64,000 bases of DNA from an uncultured bacterium (lineage in GTDB: Bacteria > Fidelibacterota > Marinisomatia > Marinisomatales > JABMOV01). The notes below the pieces were generated by a model, which saw nothing but the letters and a program-made list of their open reading frames with translations, made no database searches and was not told the origin of the DNA. The position numbers and the translations under genes were made by a program. The stretch is taken from assembly GCA_964344305.1 (NCBI GenBank), contig CAYFMT010000016.1, positions 622-64,621 on the forward strand, written 5' to 3'. Of the stretch, positions 47,498-57,178 are shown one piece after another. The stretch's first letter is position 1. Each line of letters begins with the position of its first letter.

Positions 47498-48073
47498 ATG
47501 AATCGTCGTACCATCATTTTCATAACCGTTTTTGGTACACTCTGGGGTGCAGTGGAAGCCTCACTGGGGACGGTACTACACATGTTGAGGGTACCAATGT
47601 CAGGATCTATCCTCAGCGGGATTGGATTGATTATTTTGCTTTATGTTCGTTATACATTAAATGTAAAAGGAACGGCTGTTTATATGGGTCTCATTGCCGG
47701 AACCATTAAGATGTTAACTTTCAGTACCGTGAAGCTTGGCCCTTTTGCAGGCATTGTCATGGAGGGAGTAATCGTTGAATTGATCATGACAACCATGGGA
47801 CCTACCCGTTCTGGTTTTTTTGTTTCAGGATTACTCACCGGGATCTACCCAATTATCCAAAACTTCTTTGTGAAGACAGTCCTGTTTGGAATGAATTTTA
47901 TTCCTGTACTTCTTGATCTCGTGGATGGAATGTCTGATTCATTCGGGTTTGGTTTCGGCTGGTGGATTCTATTTATATACATAGGCCTGCATTTGTTGAT
48001 AGGAGTAATCGCTTCAATACTCGCTTGGAAAATCACCCAGTACGCTCATAACCTGTTATCTGAACAATCATGA
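47498..48073 (+). CDS. small 5-6 TM membrane protein, ECF-transporter S-component-like
   Basis: 191 aa, hydrophobic. Its stop overlaps the next gene's start (ATGA). The assignment rests on size, topology and context only. Confidence 0.4.
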   Translation: MNRRTIIFITVFGTLWGAVEASLGTVLHMLRVPMSGSILSGIGLIILLYVRYTLNVKGTAVYMGLIAGTIKMLTFSTVKLGPFAGIVMEGVIVELIMTTMGPTRSGFFVSGLLTGIYPIIQNFFVKTVLFGMNFIPVLLDLVDGMSDSFGFGFGWWILFIYIGLHLLIGVIASILAWKITQYAHNLLSEQS

Positions 48074-49191
48074 TATCCACCAGGCGTTTGACCGCTTTAA
48101 TTGGGTTGACGATTCCTGCTTTTTTCTTTTGGGATTCAACTCACTATTACCTGTGCCTAGTTCTCTTCATATCAGGTATTACCTATCCCAGGACACTCAG
48201 ACCATTCATTCAATTCAAATTCTGGATACCCATCCTAATTCTTCTAATTCTTGTTCCACTGTTTACCGGCAACAGGGATTCTGCTATTCTAGGAATTCCA
48301 TTTAGCTCTGACAGGTTAATGCAATCTGTTTTTATGACCATGAGAGGCATTATTCTGTACCTGGTTTTTGCTGTACTAACAACAGATATAGATAGCGACA
48401 AAATGAAAGGATTATTTAAAAAACTTCGGCTACCTGTCCTGGTTCAAATGGTAACAATTGGTGAAGAGATCTTCCCTCGTGTGAAAAGCATTTTTTCTGC
48501 ACGCCAACATGAATTAAAAACGATTTGGAATTATTTTCATCCAATGAAGTTTGTTCCATTTGCGGCAACAATTTTGGCAGATTTTACCAGATTGACGAAC
48601 GAATTGATGGTGAAGGAATCTCCCACAATATCCCCTGCACAACTTTTACAATCGCTATCAGGGGAATCGAATACCACATTGACCATTATCAACGGAGTCG
48701 CAGGATCTGGAAAAACTCCATGGGTAGAATCCCTGAAAGCGCTTCTTCAAAATGAGGGACAACTGGTTGATGGATTCATTTCCGTAAAGGAAAACATGGA
48801 TAAGCACCATTGGCACCATAACCTTATGCGAATCAAGACAGGTGAACAAAGGAAAATGACCACCATGGATTATAATGGGAATGCCAAACGTGTAGGGAAG
48901 TTTTTTTTCCTGGAAGGTGCGTTTAACTGGGCGAATTCTCAACTAGAGGATATTTGTGATGCCACATGGGTCATTCTGGATGAAGTGGGCCCTCTTGAAC
49001 TGGAGGAAAAAGGACTATTCCCTGTGATGGAATGCATAGCAAACCATTCCCCCCGGCATATAGTGATGACCATGAGGCCTTCTGTCACAAATCAATTCAT
49101 GGATTTTATATCCAGACACTTTCCTGATCTATTGCTACGAAAAGTACATACAATAGACCAGTTTGCCTATAAGCCAAAACTTCACATTTAA
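48070..49191 (+). CDS. fusion protein: N-terminal EcfT/CbiQ-like membrane region plus a C-terminal THEP1/DUF2478-like P-loop NTPase
   Basis: The N-terminal ~190 aa has 4-5 TM segments and LRLPVLVQMVTIGEEIFPRVKSIFSARQHE, resembling the EcfT coupling-helix region. The C-terminal region has Walker A INGVAGSGKTPW and Walker B WVILDEVGPLELEEKG. Confidence 0.5.
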   Translation: MISTRRLTALIGLTIPAFFFWDSTHYYLCLVLFISGITYPRTLRPFIQFKFWIPILILLILVPLFTGNRDSAILGIPFSSDRLMQSVFMTMRGIILYLVFAVLTTDIDSDKMKGLFKKLRLPVLVQMVTIGEEIFPRVKSIFSARQHELKTIWNYFHPMKFVPFAATILADFTRLTNELMVKESPTISPAQLLQSLSGESNTTLTIINGVAGSGKTPWVESLKALLQNEGQLVDGFISVKENMDKHHWHHNLMRIKTGEQRKMTTMDYNGNAKRVGKFFFLEGAFNWANSQLEDICDATWVILDEVGPLELEEKGLFPVMECIANHSPRHIVMTMRPSVTNQFMDFISRHFPDLLLRKVHTIDQFAYKPKLHI

Positions 49192-49350
49192 TCCCCTGAT
49201 TTCCTTTTTCTACTCTCCAAAATAATACAGGTTTTCTGTAGCACAATTATCAAGATGTTATCTCGAAAATACATCATTCATAATTTTCTAATAATATTAC
49301 ATTTGTGCATATTATGAGATTCACCCGTAATTCCGCAAAACAAACTGGTT

Positions 49351-49378
49351 TTGACTAAGGAGATTTCTTGACTCAGGA
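49351..49378 (+). promoter_or_regulatory. direct repeat TTGACTAAGGA / TTGACTCAGGA upstream of actA
   Basis: Two 11-mers (10/11 identical) start 17 nt apart, about 100 nt upstream of the actA ATG. They could be -35-like hexamers or a regulator site. Confidence 0.2.
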
Positions 49379-49475
49379 CGCAACATACAGTTAAAGTTCA
49401 GTCTTGGTTTTTCATGAAAAATATGGATTTCCATTTATCAATCGTCTCTTAACACATTAAGAACTCAATTATCAC

Positions 49476-50123
49476 ATGGCACAGATTTTTCCAAAATGGA
49501 CCAACAAACTTCCGCTTTATGTGGCTGGAACCCTCCTAATTGTACTTGCCGGGATCGTTGGATTTTTCTGGTACTTTGGCAGCCCGTACTACACAGACGT
49601 TGGGTATCGACCCGAACAGCCCATCCCATACAGTCATAAACTTCACGCCGGTGATTTGGGCATGGATTGTCGTTATTGCCACACCTACGTTGAACTCACG
49701 GCATCCGCCGGTGTACCACCAACAAAGACCTGCATGAATTGTCATGCCATGGTCAAATCTGAGAGTGAGAAAATTAAACCCATCCATGATAGCTGGAATT
49801 CTGGAAATCCCATTGAGTGGATCCGTGTTCACAAAATTCCTGATTATGCCTATTTTGATCACAGTATTCACGTGAACAGGAATATTGGTTGTGAAAGTTG
49901 CCATGGTCGTGTGGATCAAATGGAAAAAGTAATGCTGGTTGAACCATTGAGCATGAAATGGTGCCTGGACTGTCACCGTGATCCTGCCAGTCATATTCGT
50001 CCGGAAGGACAGATAACAAAAATGGGATGGACAGCAAGCATGGATCATGCATCAACTGTAGATATGATTATGACAGATTTAAATATCAATCCACCCACAG
50101 ATTGTTCGGGGTGTCATCGATGA
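49476..50123 (+). CDS. actA: alternative complex III subunit ActA (pentahaem cytochrome c)
   Basis: An N-terminal TM segment and five CXXCH motifs (CRYCH, CMNCH, CESCH, CLDCH, CSGCH). Confidence 0.9.
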   Translation: MAQIFPKWTNKLPLYVAGTLLIVLAGIVGFFWYFGSPYYTDVGYRPEQPIPYSHKLHAGDLGMDCRYCHTYVELTASAGVPPTKTCMNCHAMVKSESEKIKPIHDSWNSGNPIEWIRVHKIPDYAYFDHSIHVNRNIGCESCHGRVDQMEKVMLVEPLSMKWCLDCHRDPASHIRPEGQITKMGWTASMDHASTVDMIMTDLNINPPTDCSGCHR

Positions 50124-53122
50124 GCAAAACGACTATGCAAGGAAAACAATACTGGCGCAGCCTGAATCAGCTGGCCGATACCGAAGATTATCGATCTTTT
50201 ATGGAGAACGAATTCCCGGAAGGAACAATCGAACACGCTGACGGTCTTTCTCGTCGAAAATTTCTTTCCCTGATGGGTGCCTCTGTGGCCCTGGCAGGAT
50301 TAGCCGGCTGTAGACGACCGGTAGAAAAAATCATCCCCTATGTCATCCCGCCGGAAGATGTGGTGCCGGGTGTCCCGCTTTTCTATGCTTCCGCCATGCC
50401 CTTTGGTTTAAAACCCGTTGGTGTCATTGTTGAAAACCATGAAGGTCGTCCCACAAAACTGGAAGGAAACAAGGATCATCCTGCCAGTATGGGAAAAACC
50501 AATTCTTTCGTTCAGGCTTCCATCCTGAATCTTTATGACCCTGATCGATCCCAGTATGTCCGTAATACTGAAGGTGATTCAAACCTCGAATCATGTCTGT
50601 CTGCCTGGGATGATGCTATTAATTCGTTTGGCAAGGGCGGTGAGAAACTTGCAATCCTGTCAACGGAGTTTTCATCACCAACTCTTTCCAGACTGAAAAA
50701 AGAATTCCTAACCAAATACCCAAAAGCGCAGTGGGTAGCATATGATCCTGTCAGTGATGAAAACATTCATCGCGGTATAGAAACAGCCACAGGAACTTCA
50801 GCCCAATCAATTTATTCCCTGGATAAAGCCCAGGTTATCCTGTCACTGGATTCAGATTTCCTTCAGACTGAAAGTGATATGATCCGTCACCTTTCCGATT
50901 TCTCCAAAGGTCGTCGTGTTACGGATGAACATGGTAAAATGAACCGGCTATATGTCGCAGAATCAGGGTACTCTGTTACAGGAGCTATGGCAGATCACCG
51001 TATCAAAATGCAATCCAATCATGTGGCTGCCTTTGCAGCTGCCATTGCAGTTGAGTTAAATAAACAAGGTATTCATATTTCTGGAATTGACGGAATCAAG
51101 TCGCCTGGATTCTCTTTTGATAAATCCACTCTTAAAGCCGTTGTAAAAGATTTGATCGCCAACAAAGGTGAAAGCCTGGTAATAGCAGGTCGCAGACAAC
51201 CGGCACATGTGCATGCACTGGTTACTGCCATGAATGAAGCATTGATGAACAATGGTAAAACCGTTGCATATGCACCATTTGCCCATGCTATACCATCTGA
51301 TGTTGAGGCATTGTCTTCCCTGGTGGAAGGCATGAATTCTGGCGCAATTTCCGGATTGATCATCCTGGGTGGAAACCCGGTGTACAATGCACCGGTGGAT
51401 CTTTCATTCCAACAGGCTCTGGAGCAAATTGAATTTTCCATTCACCTTAGTTCAACGTACAATGAAACATCTCAATTAACCACATGGCATATTCCGGAAA
51501 ACCATTTCCTGGAATCATGGAATGATGTGGCCACAGCACAGGGACCCTTATCCATAGTTCAACCTCAAATTGAACCTCTCTACTCCTCGATCAGTGATAT
51601 TGAATTATTGGGTTCTTTACTGAGTGGAAAAAAAGTTAAGGGCCACGAACTTGTCCGGCAGACATGGAAGACCATCCTTTCTCCAAACCAGTTTGAAAAA
51701 AATTGGAAAAAAGTGTTACACGATGGTGTGTTTAATCGGGATTCTGGAACCCTTTCTTTGCGCGTAAACAGTCGTTTACTATCCAATGCCCTTGTAAAAC
51801 AATCCTTTGCCATGCGTACAGCATCGGCCACCAATCTGGAACTAACATTTTCGTCCTCACCTTCTGTGCATGATGGACGGTATGTCAACAATGGATGGCT
51901 CCAGGAACTGCCTGATCCCATGACAAAACTAACATGGGATAATGCAGCACTAATGAGTCCAAAAACGGCTGATTCCCTTGGATTGAGCAATGAGGATCTC
52001 GCTACTATTTCTGTCCATGGAAAGACATTGAATCTGCCTGTTTGGATCGTTCCAGGCATGGCGGATTATTCAATAGGGCTTGAGCTGGGATATGGACAAA
52101 CCCAAGCTGGAAGGATCGCCAAAGGGTCAGGGAAAAATACTTATTCCCTCAGAACCAATACCAGCCCATGGATTGCACTTGGTGCCAGCATGACCGCTAC
52201 AGGAGTCAGTTATTCTCTGGCAAGCACTCAGGATCACCATGGTATGAATGGTGAAAAGATGGCAGACTCCGGTGTCCAGCAGAGATTGCCCATCCTTGTC
52301 CGTGAAGCCACCATGGATGAATATAAACATCATCCTGAATTCGCAAAAGAAGCAGTGGAACATCCTCCACTGAAATCCCTCTGGGAAGAAAAAGATTATT
52401 CAGAAGGCCCTCAATGGGGTATGGCTATTGACTTGAATGTGTGTACGGGTTGCATGGCCTGCACCACGGCCTGTCAGTCGGAAAACAATATTCCCATTGT
52501 AGGGAAAGACCAGGTAAAACTTGGTAGAGAAATGCACTGGATGCGCATGGATCGGTATTTCGCCGGTGACCTGGAACATCCAGAGTCCGTTGTTCAACCT
52601 GTTGCCTGTCAGCATTGTGAAATGGCACCCTGTGAGCAGGTATGCCCTGTGGTAGCCACAACCCACACAGATGATGGAATTAACGGCATGACATACAACC
52701 GCTGTATAGGTACCCGTTATTGTGCCAACAACTGTCCATACAAGGTGCGTCGTTTTAATTTCTACAATTTTACCAGCGATTTGCCTGATATTGTTCAGAT
52801 GGCTCAGAACCCCGATGTGACCGTTCGGTTCCGAGGTGTCATGGAGAAATGCACTTTCTGCATTCAACGTGTAAATCACGCAAAAATTGAATCGAAAAAA
52901 TCTGGTAACCCAATACAGGACGGTGACGTGATATCTGCCTGCCAGCAGACATGTCCCACAGATGCCATTGTATTTGGTGATATCCGGGATCCTGAATCAC
53001 AGGTAGCAAAAGTCAAGGATCAAAACCGCGACTATGCTCTGCTGGGTGAATTCAATACAAAACCGCGTATTACATACCAGGCCAAACTTCGAAATCCAAA
53101 TCCCGATCTGGAAAAGGGATAA
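50120..53122 (+). CDS. actB: alternative complex III subunit ActB (molybdopterin-like + FeS domains, Tat signal)
   Basis: The start MSKTTMQGKQYWRSL overlaps the actA stop (ATGA). The Tat motif is SRRKFLSLMG. Ferredoxin-type clusters are CTGCMACTTAC, CQHCEMAPCEQVCP and CIGTRYCANNCP. Confidence 0.92.
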   Translation: MSKTTMQGKQYWRSLNQLADTEDYRSFMENEFPEGTIEHADGLSRRKFLSLMGASVALAGLAGCRRPVEKIIPYVIPPEDVVPGVPLFYASAMPFGLKPVGVIVENHEGRPTKLEGNKDHPASMGKTNSFVQASILNLYDPDRSQYVRNTEGDSNLESCLSAWDDAINSFGKGGEKLAILSTEFSSPTLSRLKKEFLTKYPKAQWVAYDPVSDENIHRGIETATGTSAQSIYSLDKAQVILSLDSDFLQTESDMIRHLSDFSKGRRVTDEHGKMNRLYVAESGYSVTGAMADHRIKMQSNHVAAFAAAIAVELNKQGIHISGIDGIKSPGFSFDKSTLKAVVKDLIANKGESLVIAGRRQPAHVHALVTAMNEALMNNGKTVAYAPFAHAIPSDVEALSSLVEGMNSGAISGLIILGGNPVYNAPVDLSFQQALEQIEFSIHLSSTYNETSQLTTWHIPENHFLESWNDVATAQGPLSIVQPQIEPLYSSISDIELLGSLLSGKKVKGHELVRQTWKTILSPNQFEKNWKKVLHDGVFNRDSGTLSLRVNSRLLSNALVKQSFAMRTASATNLELTFSSSPSVHDGRYVNNGWLQELPDPMTKLTWDNAALMSPKTADSLGLSNEDLATISVHGKTLNLPVWIVPGMADYSIGLELGYGQTQAGRIAKGSGKNTYSLRTNTSPWIALGASMTATGVSYSLASTQDHHGMNGEKMADSGVQQRLPILVREATMDEYKHHPEFAKEAVEHPPLKSLWEEKDYSEGPQWGMAIDLNVCTGCMACTTACQSENNIPIVGKDQVKLGREMHWMRMDRYFAGDLEHPESVVQPVACQHCEMAPCEQVCPVVATTHTDDGINGMTYNRCIGTRYCANNCPYKVRRFNFYNFTSDLPDIVQMAQNPDVTVRFRGVMEKCTFCIQRVNHAKIESKKSGNPIQDGDVISACQQTCPTDAIVFGDIRDPESQVAKVKDQNRDYALLGEFNTKPRITYQAKLRNPNPDLEKG

Positions 53123-53140
53123 AACCATTAGGATAAGTAC

Positions 53141-54523
53141 GTGAGTGAAGCTTTAAATCCAAAACAACTTGATCCGGAGCAGACTCCGCTGATTACTGGT
53201 GGACAAACCTTCGGATCCATAACTAAAAAAATCAGTGAAATCGTTGAAAAGCGTGCCACAAAAGAATGGTGGCTCCTGTTTGCACTGGCATTATCTGGAC
53301 TGACATTGCTTCTTGGAATGATCGGATGGCTGGTGTGGGAAGGTACGGGGGTCTGGGGCTTAAACAATCCTGTTGGATGGGGTTGGGCTATTGTGAACTT
53401 TGTCTTCTGGGTTGGTATTGGTCATGCTGGAACACTGATTTCGGCCATTCTATTCCTGTTTAGACAAAAGTGGAGAACCTCCATCAACCGTTTCGCAGAA
53501 GCCATGACCATTTTTGCCGTTATTTGTGCGCTGCTATTTCCGGGAATTCATGTGGGTCGAATTTGGTTAATGTATTACTTCTTCCCCATTCCAAACCAGA
53601 TGGGGATGTGGCCCAACTTCAGAAGCCCTCTACTCTGGGACTTTTTTGCGGTAGGGACTTATTTCACAGTATCCCTGTTATTCTGGTACACCGGATTGAT
53701 CCCGGATCTTGCAACACTCCGCGATCGTGCAAAGAAAAAAATTCGTAAAATTACGTTTGGCGTCCTGTCCCTTGGGTGGAGAGGGGGCAACAGACAGTGG
53801 CAGCATTATGAACTTGCATATTTGATTCTGGCTGGATTATCCACTCCTCTGGTGCTATCGGTGCATAGTGTTGTAAGTACGGATTTTGCCACATCACTGT
53901 TGCCTGGATGGCACACAACCATTTTTCCACCCTACTTTGTTGCCGGGGCTGTGTTCAGCGGGTTTGGAATGGTTATGACCCTTGTGATCATTGCAAGGAA
54001 ATTTTATAGTCTGGATCATATCATTACTGCCCAGCATCTGGATAAAATGGCAAAAATCATGCTGGTCACGGGATCCATGGTGGGTTATGCCTATGCCATG
54101 GAAATGTTTATTGCCTGGTACAGTGGAAATATCTTTGAACAGTTTGCCTTCTTGAATCGAGGGTTTGGCAACTATGCATGGGCCTACTGGATCATGATTT
54201 CATGCAATGTCATTGTCCCTCAATTATTCTGGTCCAAGAGACTTCGATACAATGTAAGATTTCTCTTTGTTGCATCCATCCTTGTGAATGTGGGTATGTG
54301 GTTTGAACGTTTTGTCATCACCGTTACATCCCTTTCCAGGGATTTTCTCCCATCATCCTGGGCATATTATTCACCATCAATTTTTGATATTCTAACATTC
54401 GTTGGATCATTCGGTCTTTTCTTCACCTTCTTCCTGCTCTTCTTGAGATTTCTCCCCATGGTATCCATGACGGAGGTCAAAGGGGTTCTGCCGGAAGCAG
54501 ATCCACATCATGAAACGCATTAA
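53141..54523 (+). CDS. actC: alternative complex III subunit ActC (NrfD/PsrC-like quinol-interacting membrane subunit)
   Basis: 460 aa, about 10 TM segments, GTG start, in the canonical position after actB. Confidence 0.88.
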   Translation: MSEALNPKQLDPEQTPLITGGQTFGSITKKISEIVEKRATKEWWLLFALALSGLTLLLGMIGWLVWEGTGVWGLNNPVGWGWAIVNFVFWVGIGHAGTLISAILFLFRQKWRTSINRFAEAMTIFAVICALLFPGIHVGRIWLMYYFFPIPNQMGMWPNFRSPLLWDFFAVGTYFTVSLLFWYTGLIPDLATLRDRAKKKIRKITFGVLSLGWRGGNRQWQHYELAYLILAGLSTPLVLSVHSVVSTDFATSLLPGWHTTIFPPYFVAGAVFSGFGMVMTLVIIARKFYSLDHIITAQHLDKMAKIMLVTGSMVGYAYAMEMFIAWYSGNIFEQFAFLNRGFGNYAWAYWIMISCNVIVPQLFWSKRLRYNVRFLFVASILVNVGMWFERFVITVTSLSRDFLPSSWAYYSPSIFDILTFVGSFGLFFTFFLLFLRFLPMVSMTEVKGVLPEADPHHETH

Positions 54524-54531
54524 GGTTTGAC

Positions 54532-55065
54532 ATGATTTACGGAATTCTAGCACAGTTTAAAGATCCGGGCGATCTTCTGCATGCCGCAGAGAAAGTCCGG
54601 GATGCAGGCTATAAACAGTTCGATTGCCATTCCCCATTTCCCATTCATGGCATGGACCATGCCATGGGATTGAAACGTTCCAGACTTGGGTTTGTGGTGG
54701 CAGTGTTTGCTCTTCTGGGTGCTCTAACCGGACTCGGATTGCAAACATGGGTCCACCTTTTTGAATACCCCCTTACCATCAGTGGAAAACCCCTTTTCGC
54801 CTGGCAGGCATATATCATCGTTGTCTTTGCCCTGTTTGTATTATTTGGGGCCATATCAGCCGTTTTCGGTATGTTCCACTTCAACCGACTACCGCAGTTA
54901 AATCATCCCGTTTTTTATTCAGACAATTTCAAGAAAGTGACAGATGATGGGTTTTTTATCAGCATTGAGTCACATGATCCAAATTTTGGAGAAGACACAA
55001 CACGAAAATTCCTGGAGACAATTGGCGGTGAGAATGTTGAATTGCTGGAGGGTGAAGATGCGTAG
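54532..55065 (+). CDS. actD: alternative complex III subunit ActD
   Basis: 177 aa. It has an N-terminal soluble part (MIYGILAQFKDPGDLLHAAEKVRDAGY) followed by 2 TM segments. Confidence 0.85.
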   Translation: MIYGILAQFKDPGDLLHAAEKVRDAGYKQFDCHSPFPIHGMDHAMGLKRSRLGFVVAVFALLGALTGLGLQTWVHLFEYPLTISGKPLFAWQAYIIVVFALFVLFGAISAVFGMFHFNRLPQLNHPVFYSDNFKKVTDDGFFISIESHDPNFGEDTTRKFLETIGGENVELLEGEDA

Positions 55066-55669
55066 TATTTCCCACATTTTAATACTCATTACTCTTTCCA
55101 TATTTATCACTGGATGTTTCAGGGGATCCCCAAAAGAAAAACCGCCCATTCATCTCGTGACAAATATGGATACACAGGGGAAAATAAAGCCTTATCGAGC
55201 CAGCAATTTGTTTGAAAATGGCAGCGGCATGAGAATGCCCGTGGAAGGCACAGTAGCACAGGGATTTCTCAAAGAGGATGATGCCTTTTACCTGGGGAAA
55301 ACCCCCGGGGGTGAATATGTGAAGAAAAGCCCTGTCCCCTTTACACGATCCCTTCTGGATAGAGGTCAGGAACGATTCAATATTTATTGTTCCACATGTC
55401 ATGGTTTACTGGGAGATGGTAAAGGACCCATTATGAATTACGAGTACCCTATCCCACCCACATCATACCATGATGACCGACTGAGAAATATCCCCGATGG
55501 CGAATTATTCAATGTGATTTCAAATGGAATCCGGAATATGCCTGCACACAAGGACCAGATTCCGGTCCTGGACCGTTGGGCCATCGTTGGCTATGTAAGG
55601 GCACTACAAAAAAGTCAGCACGCTCAATTAACAGATATCCCTGCTAACCAGCAACAAAATATTAAATAG
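55058..55669 (+). CDS. actE: alternative complex III subunit ActE (monohaem cytochrome c lipoprotein)
   Basis: The start MRSISHILILITLSIFITGC (lipobox) overlaps the actD stop. There is a single CSTCHG motif. Confidence 0.85.
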   Translation: MRSISHILILITLSIFITGCFRGSPKEKPPIHLVTNMDTQGKIKPYRASNLFENGSGMRMPVEGTVAQGFLKEDDAFYLGKTPGGEYVKKSPVPFTRSLLDRGQERFNIYCSTCHGLLGDGKGPIMNYEYPIPPTSYHDDRLRNIPDGELFNVISNGIRNMPAHKDQIPVLDRWAIVGYVRALQKSQHAQLTDIPANQQQNIK

Positions 55670-55676
55670 TGATTCC

Positions 55677-56861
55677 ATGAAATTTGATTCATCAACCTAC
55701 TGCATAACCGACTCAGAAAAACTGGGGAAACAGTCACTCATCACCGGGATCATTTTCCTGGTTATTTCCGCACTGGGATGGTTTGTCAATCATGAACAGT
55801 TTTTCCACTCCTACCTTGTTTCATTTATGTTCTGGGTAACTCTTGGACTGGGAGGGCTTTTCCTCACCTTGATCCATTTTCTGACCCATTCGGTCTGGAG
55901 TGTCGTGGTTCGTCGAATTCCTGAAACCATTATGAAAACATTACCCTGGATGGCCCTGTTCTTCGTACCGCTTATATTTGGGTTACATGATCTGTTTCAC
56001 TGGACGCATGCTGATGCGGTATCACATGATGCAATCCTCCAGAAGAAGGTTGGTTACCTGAATACACCATTTTTCCTGATTCGTGCAGTCATTTATTTTG
56101 TTGTGTGGTACGGACTGGCCCGAGTCATCCACAAAATCTCACTTGAGCAGGATCAGGGAAATATCGGTAATATTTATCATCGACTGAGACGTGTGGCTGC
56201 TCCTGGAATGTTTCTCTTTGCATTTACCCTCACATTCGCAGCCTTTGACTGGCTTATGTCGCTGGATGCACACTGGTATTCCACCATTTTTGGGGTATAC
56301 ATCTTTGCTGGTGCCTATTTAACCATTGTGGCATTTATAACATTGTTCCTGATGTTTATCCAGTCCCGGGGTGTCTTAAAGGAAGAAATCTCCATCGAGC
56401 ATTATCATGATCTCGGAAAACTTATGTTTGCGTTCACAGTCTTCTGGGCCTATATCGCCGGGTCACAATACTTCCTGATCTGGTATGGCAATATTCCTGA
56501 AGAAACGGTATGGTTCCTGCATCGTTGGGAAGGATCATGGAAACCCATGAGCTTATTCCTGATTTTCGCCCATTTCGCTGTTCCGTTCCTGGTACTCATT
56601 TTCAGGGCATCCAAGCGGAATAAGACCGTACTGTTATCCATGGCAATACTGATCATCGTGATGCAGTTTATGGACCTGTACTGGATTGTCATGCCTACTC
56701 TGCATCATCATGGTGTACATTTTTCCTGGATGGATATTACCACCTGGCTGGGAATTGGTGGCGTTTTCTTCTATCTCTTCTGGAAAGAGTTTACATCCCA
56801 CCCCATCGTACCGGTAAAAGACGAAAACCTTCAGAAATCCATTACATTTATTAATCCTTAA
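55677..56861 (+). CDS. actF: alternative complex III subunit ActF (second NrfD-like membrane subunit)
   Basis: 394 aa, polytopic, following actE. Confidence 0.85.
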   Translation: MKFDSSTYCITDSEKLGKQSLITGIIFLVISALGWFVNHEQFFHSYLVSFMFWVTLGLGGLFLTLIHFLTHSVWSVVVRRIPETIMKTLPWMALFFVPLIFGLHDLFHWTHADAVSHDAILQKKVGYLNTPFFLIRAVIYFVVWYGLARVIHKISLEQDQGNIGNIYHRLRRVAAPGMFLFAFTLTFAAFDWLMSLDAHWYSTIFGVYIFAGAYLTIVAFITLFLMFIQSRGVLKEEISIEHYHDLGKLMFAFTVFWAYIAGSQYFLIWYGNIPEETVWFLHRWEGSWKPMSLFLIFAHFAVPFLVLIFRASKRNKTVLLSMAILIIVMQFMDLYWIVMPTLHHHGVHFSWMDITTWLGIGGVFFYLFWKEFTSHPIVPVKDENLQKSITFINP

Positions 56862-56872
56862 CGGGAGTCATT

Positions 56873-57175
56873 ATGACACAGGCAACTACCAAAGGATACG
56901 ACACCCACGACATTCACATCCCATCCATTTTACTCATTGTGGTGGCATGCCTCGCATTTCTTGTCATCTCATTATCACTAACATATGGGTATTATATACA
57001 TGCATCTGAGAATGCGGTTCAGTCTATTGTTTACAGTCCTGAGTCAGTACAGTTGATGGAATACAAAGAGCATGTTGCGGAGGTTCTCTCTTCTTACCGG
57101 TCTCTGGATACATCCACAGGTACATACAGTATTCCCATTGACCGTGCCATGGATATTATTGCTATAGATCGGTAA
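56873..57175 (+). CDS. small single-TM protein between actF and SCO1 (possible accessory subunit or assembly factor)
   Basis: 100 aa with the TM segment ILLIVVACLAFLVISLSLTYGYYI and a C-terminal YSIPIDRAMDII motif. It ends with TAA, in frame with the SCO1 reading frame. Confidence 0.6.
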   Translation: MTQATTKGYDTHDIHIPSILLIVVACLAFLVISLSLTYGYYIHASENAVQSIVYSPESVQLMEYKEHVAEVLSSYRSLDTSTGTYSIPIDRAMDIIAIDR

Positions 57176-57178
57176 GCC

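Noticed and set aside
50027-50119. N-terminal extensions of track ORFs that overlap upstream genes. Examples are actB from 50027, actE from 54944, 38299, 41250, 34215, 33164, 23712, 10742, 5744 and 14057.
   Set aside because: In each case an internal Met is followed by a signal peptide, lipobox, Tat motif or family N-terminus. The extension has no such features and overlaps the neighbouring gene or a terminator, so the starts were trimmed.
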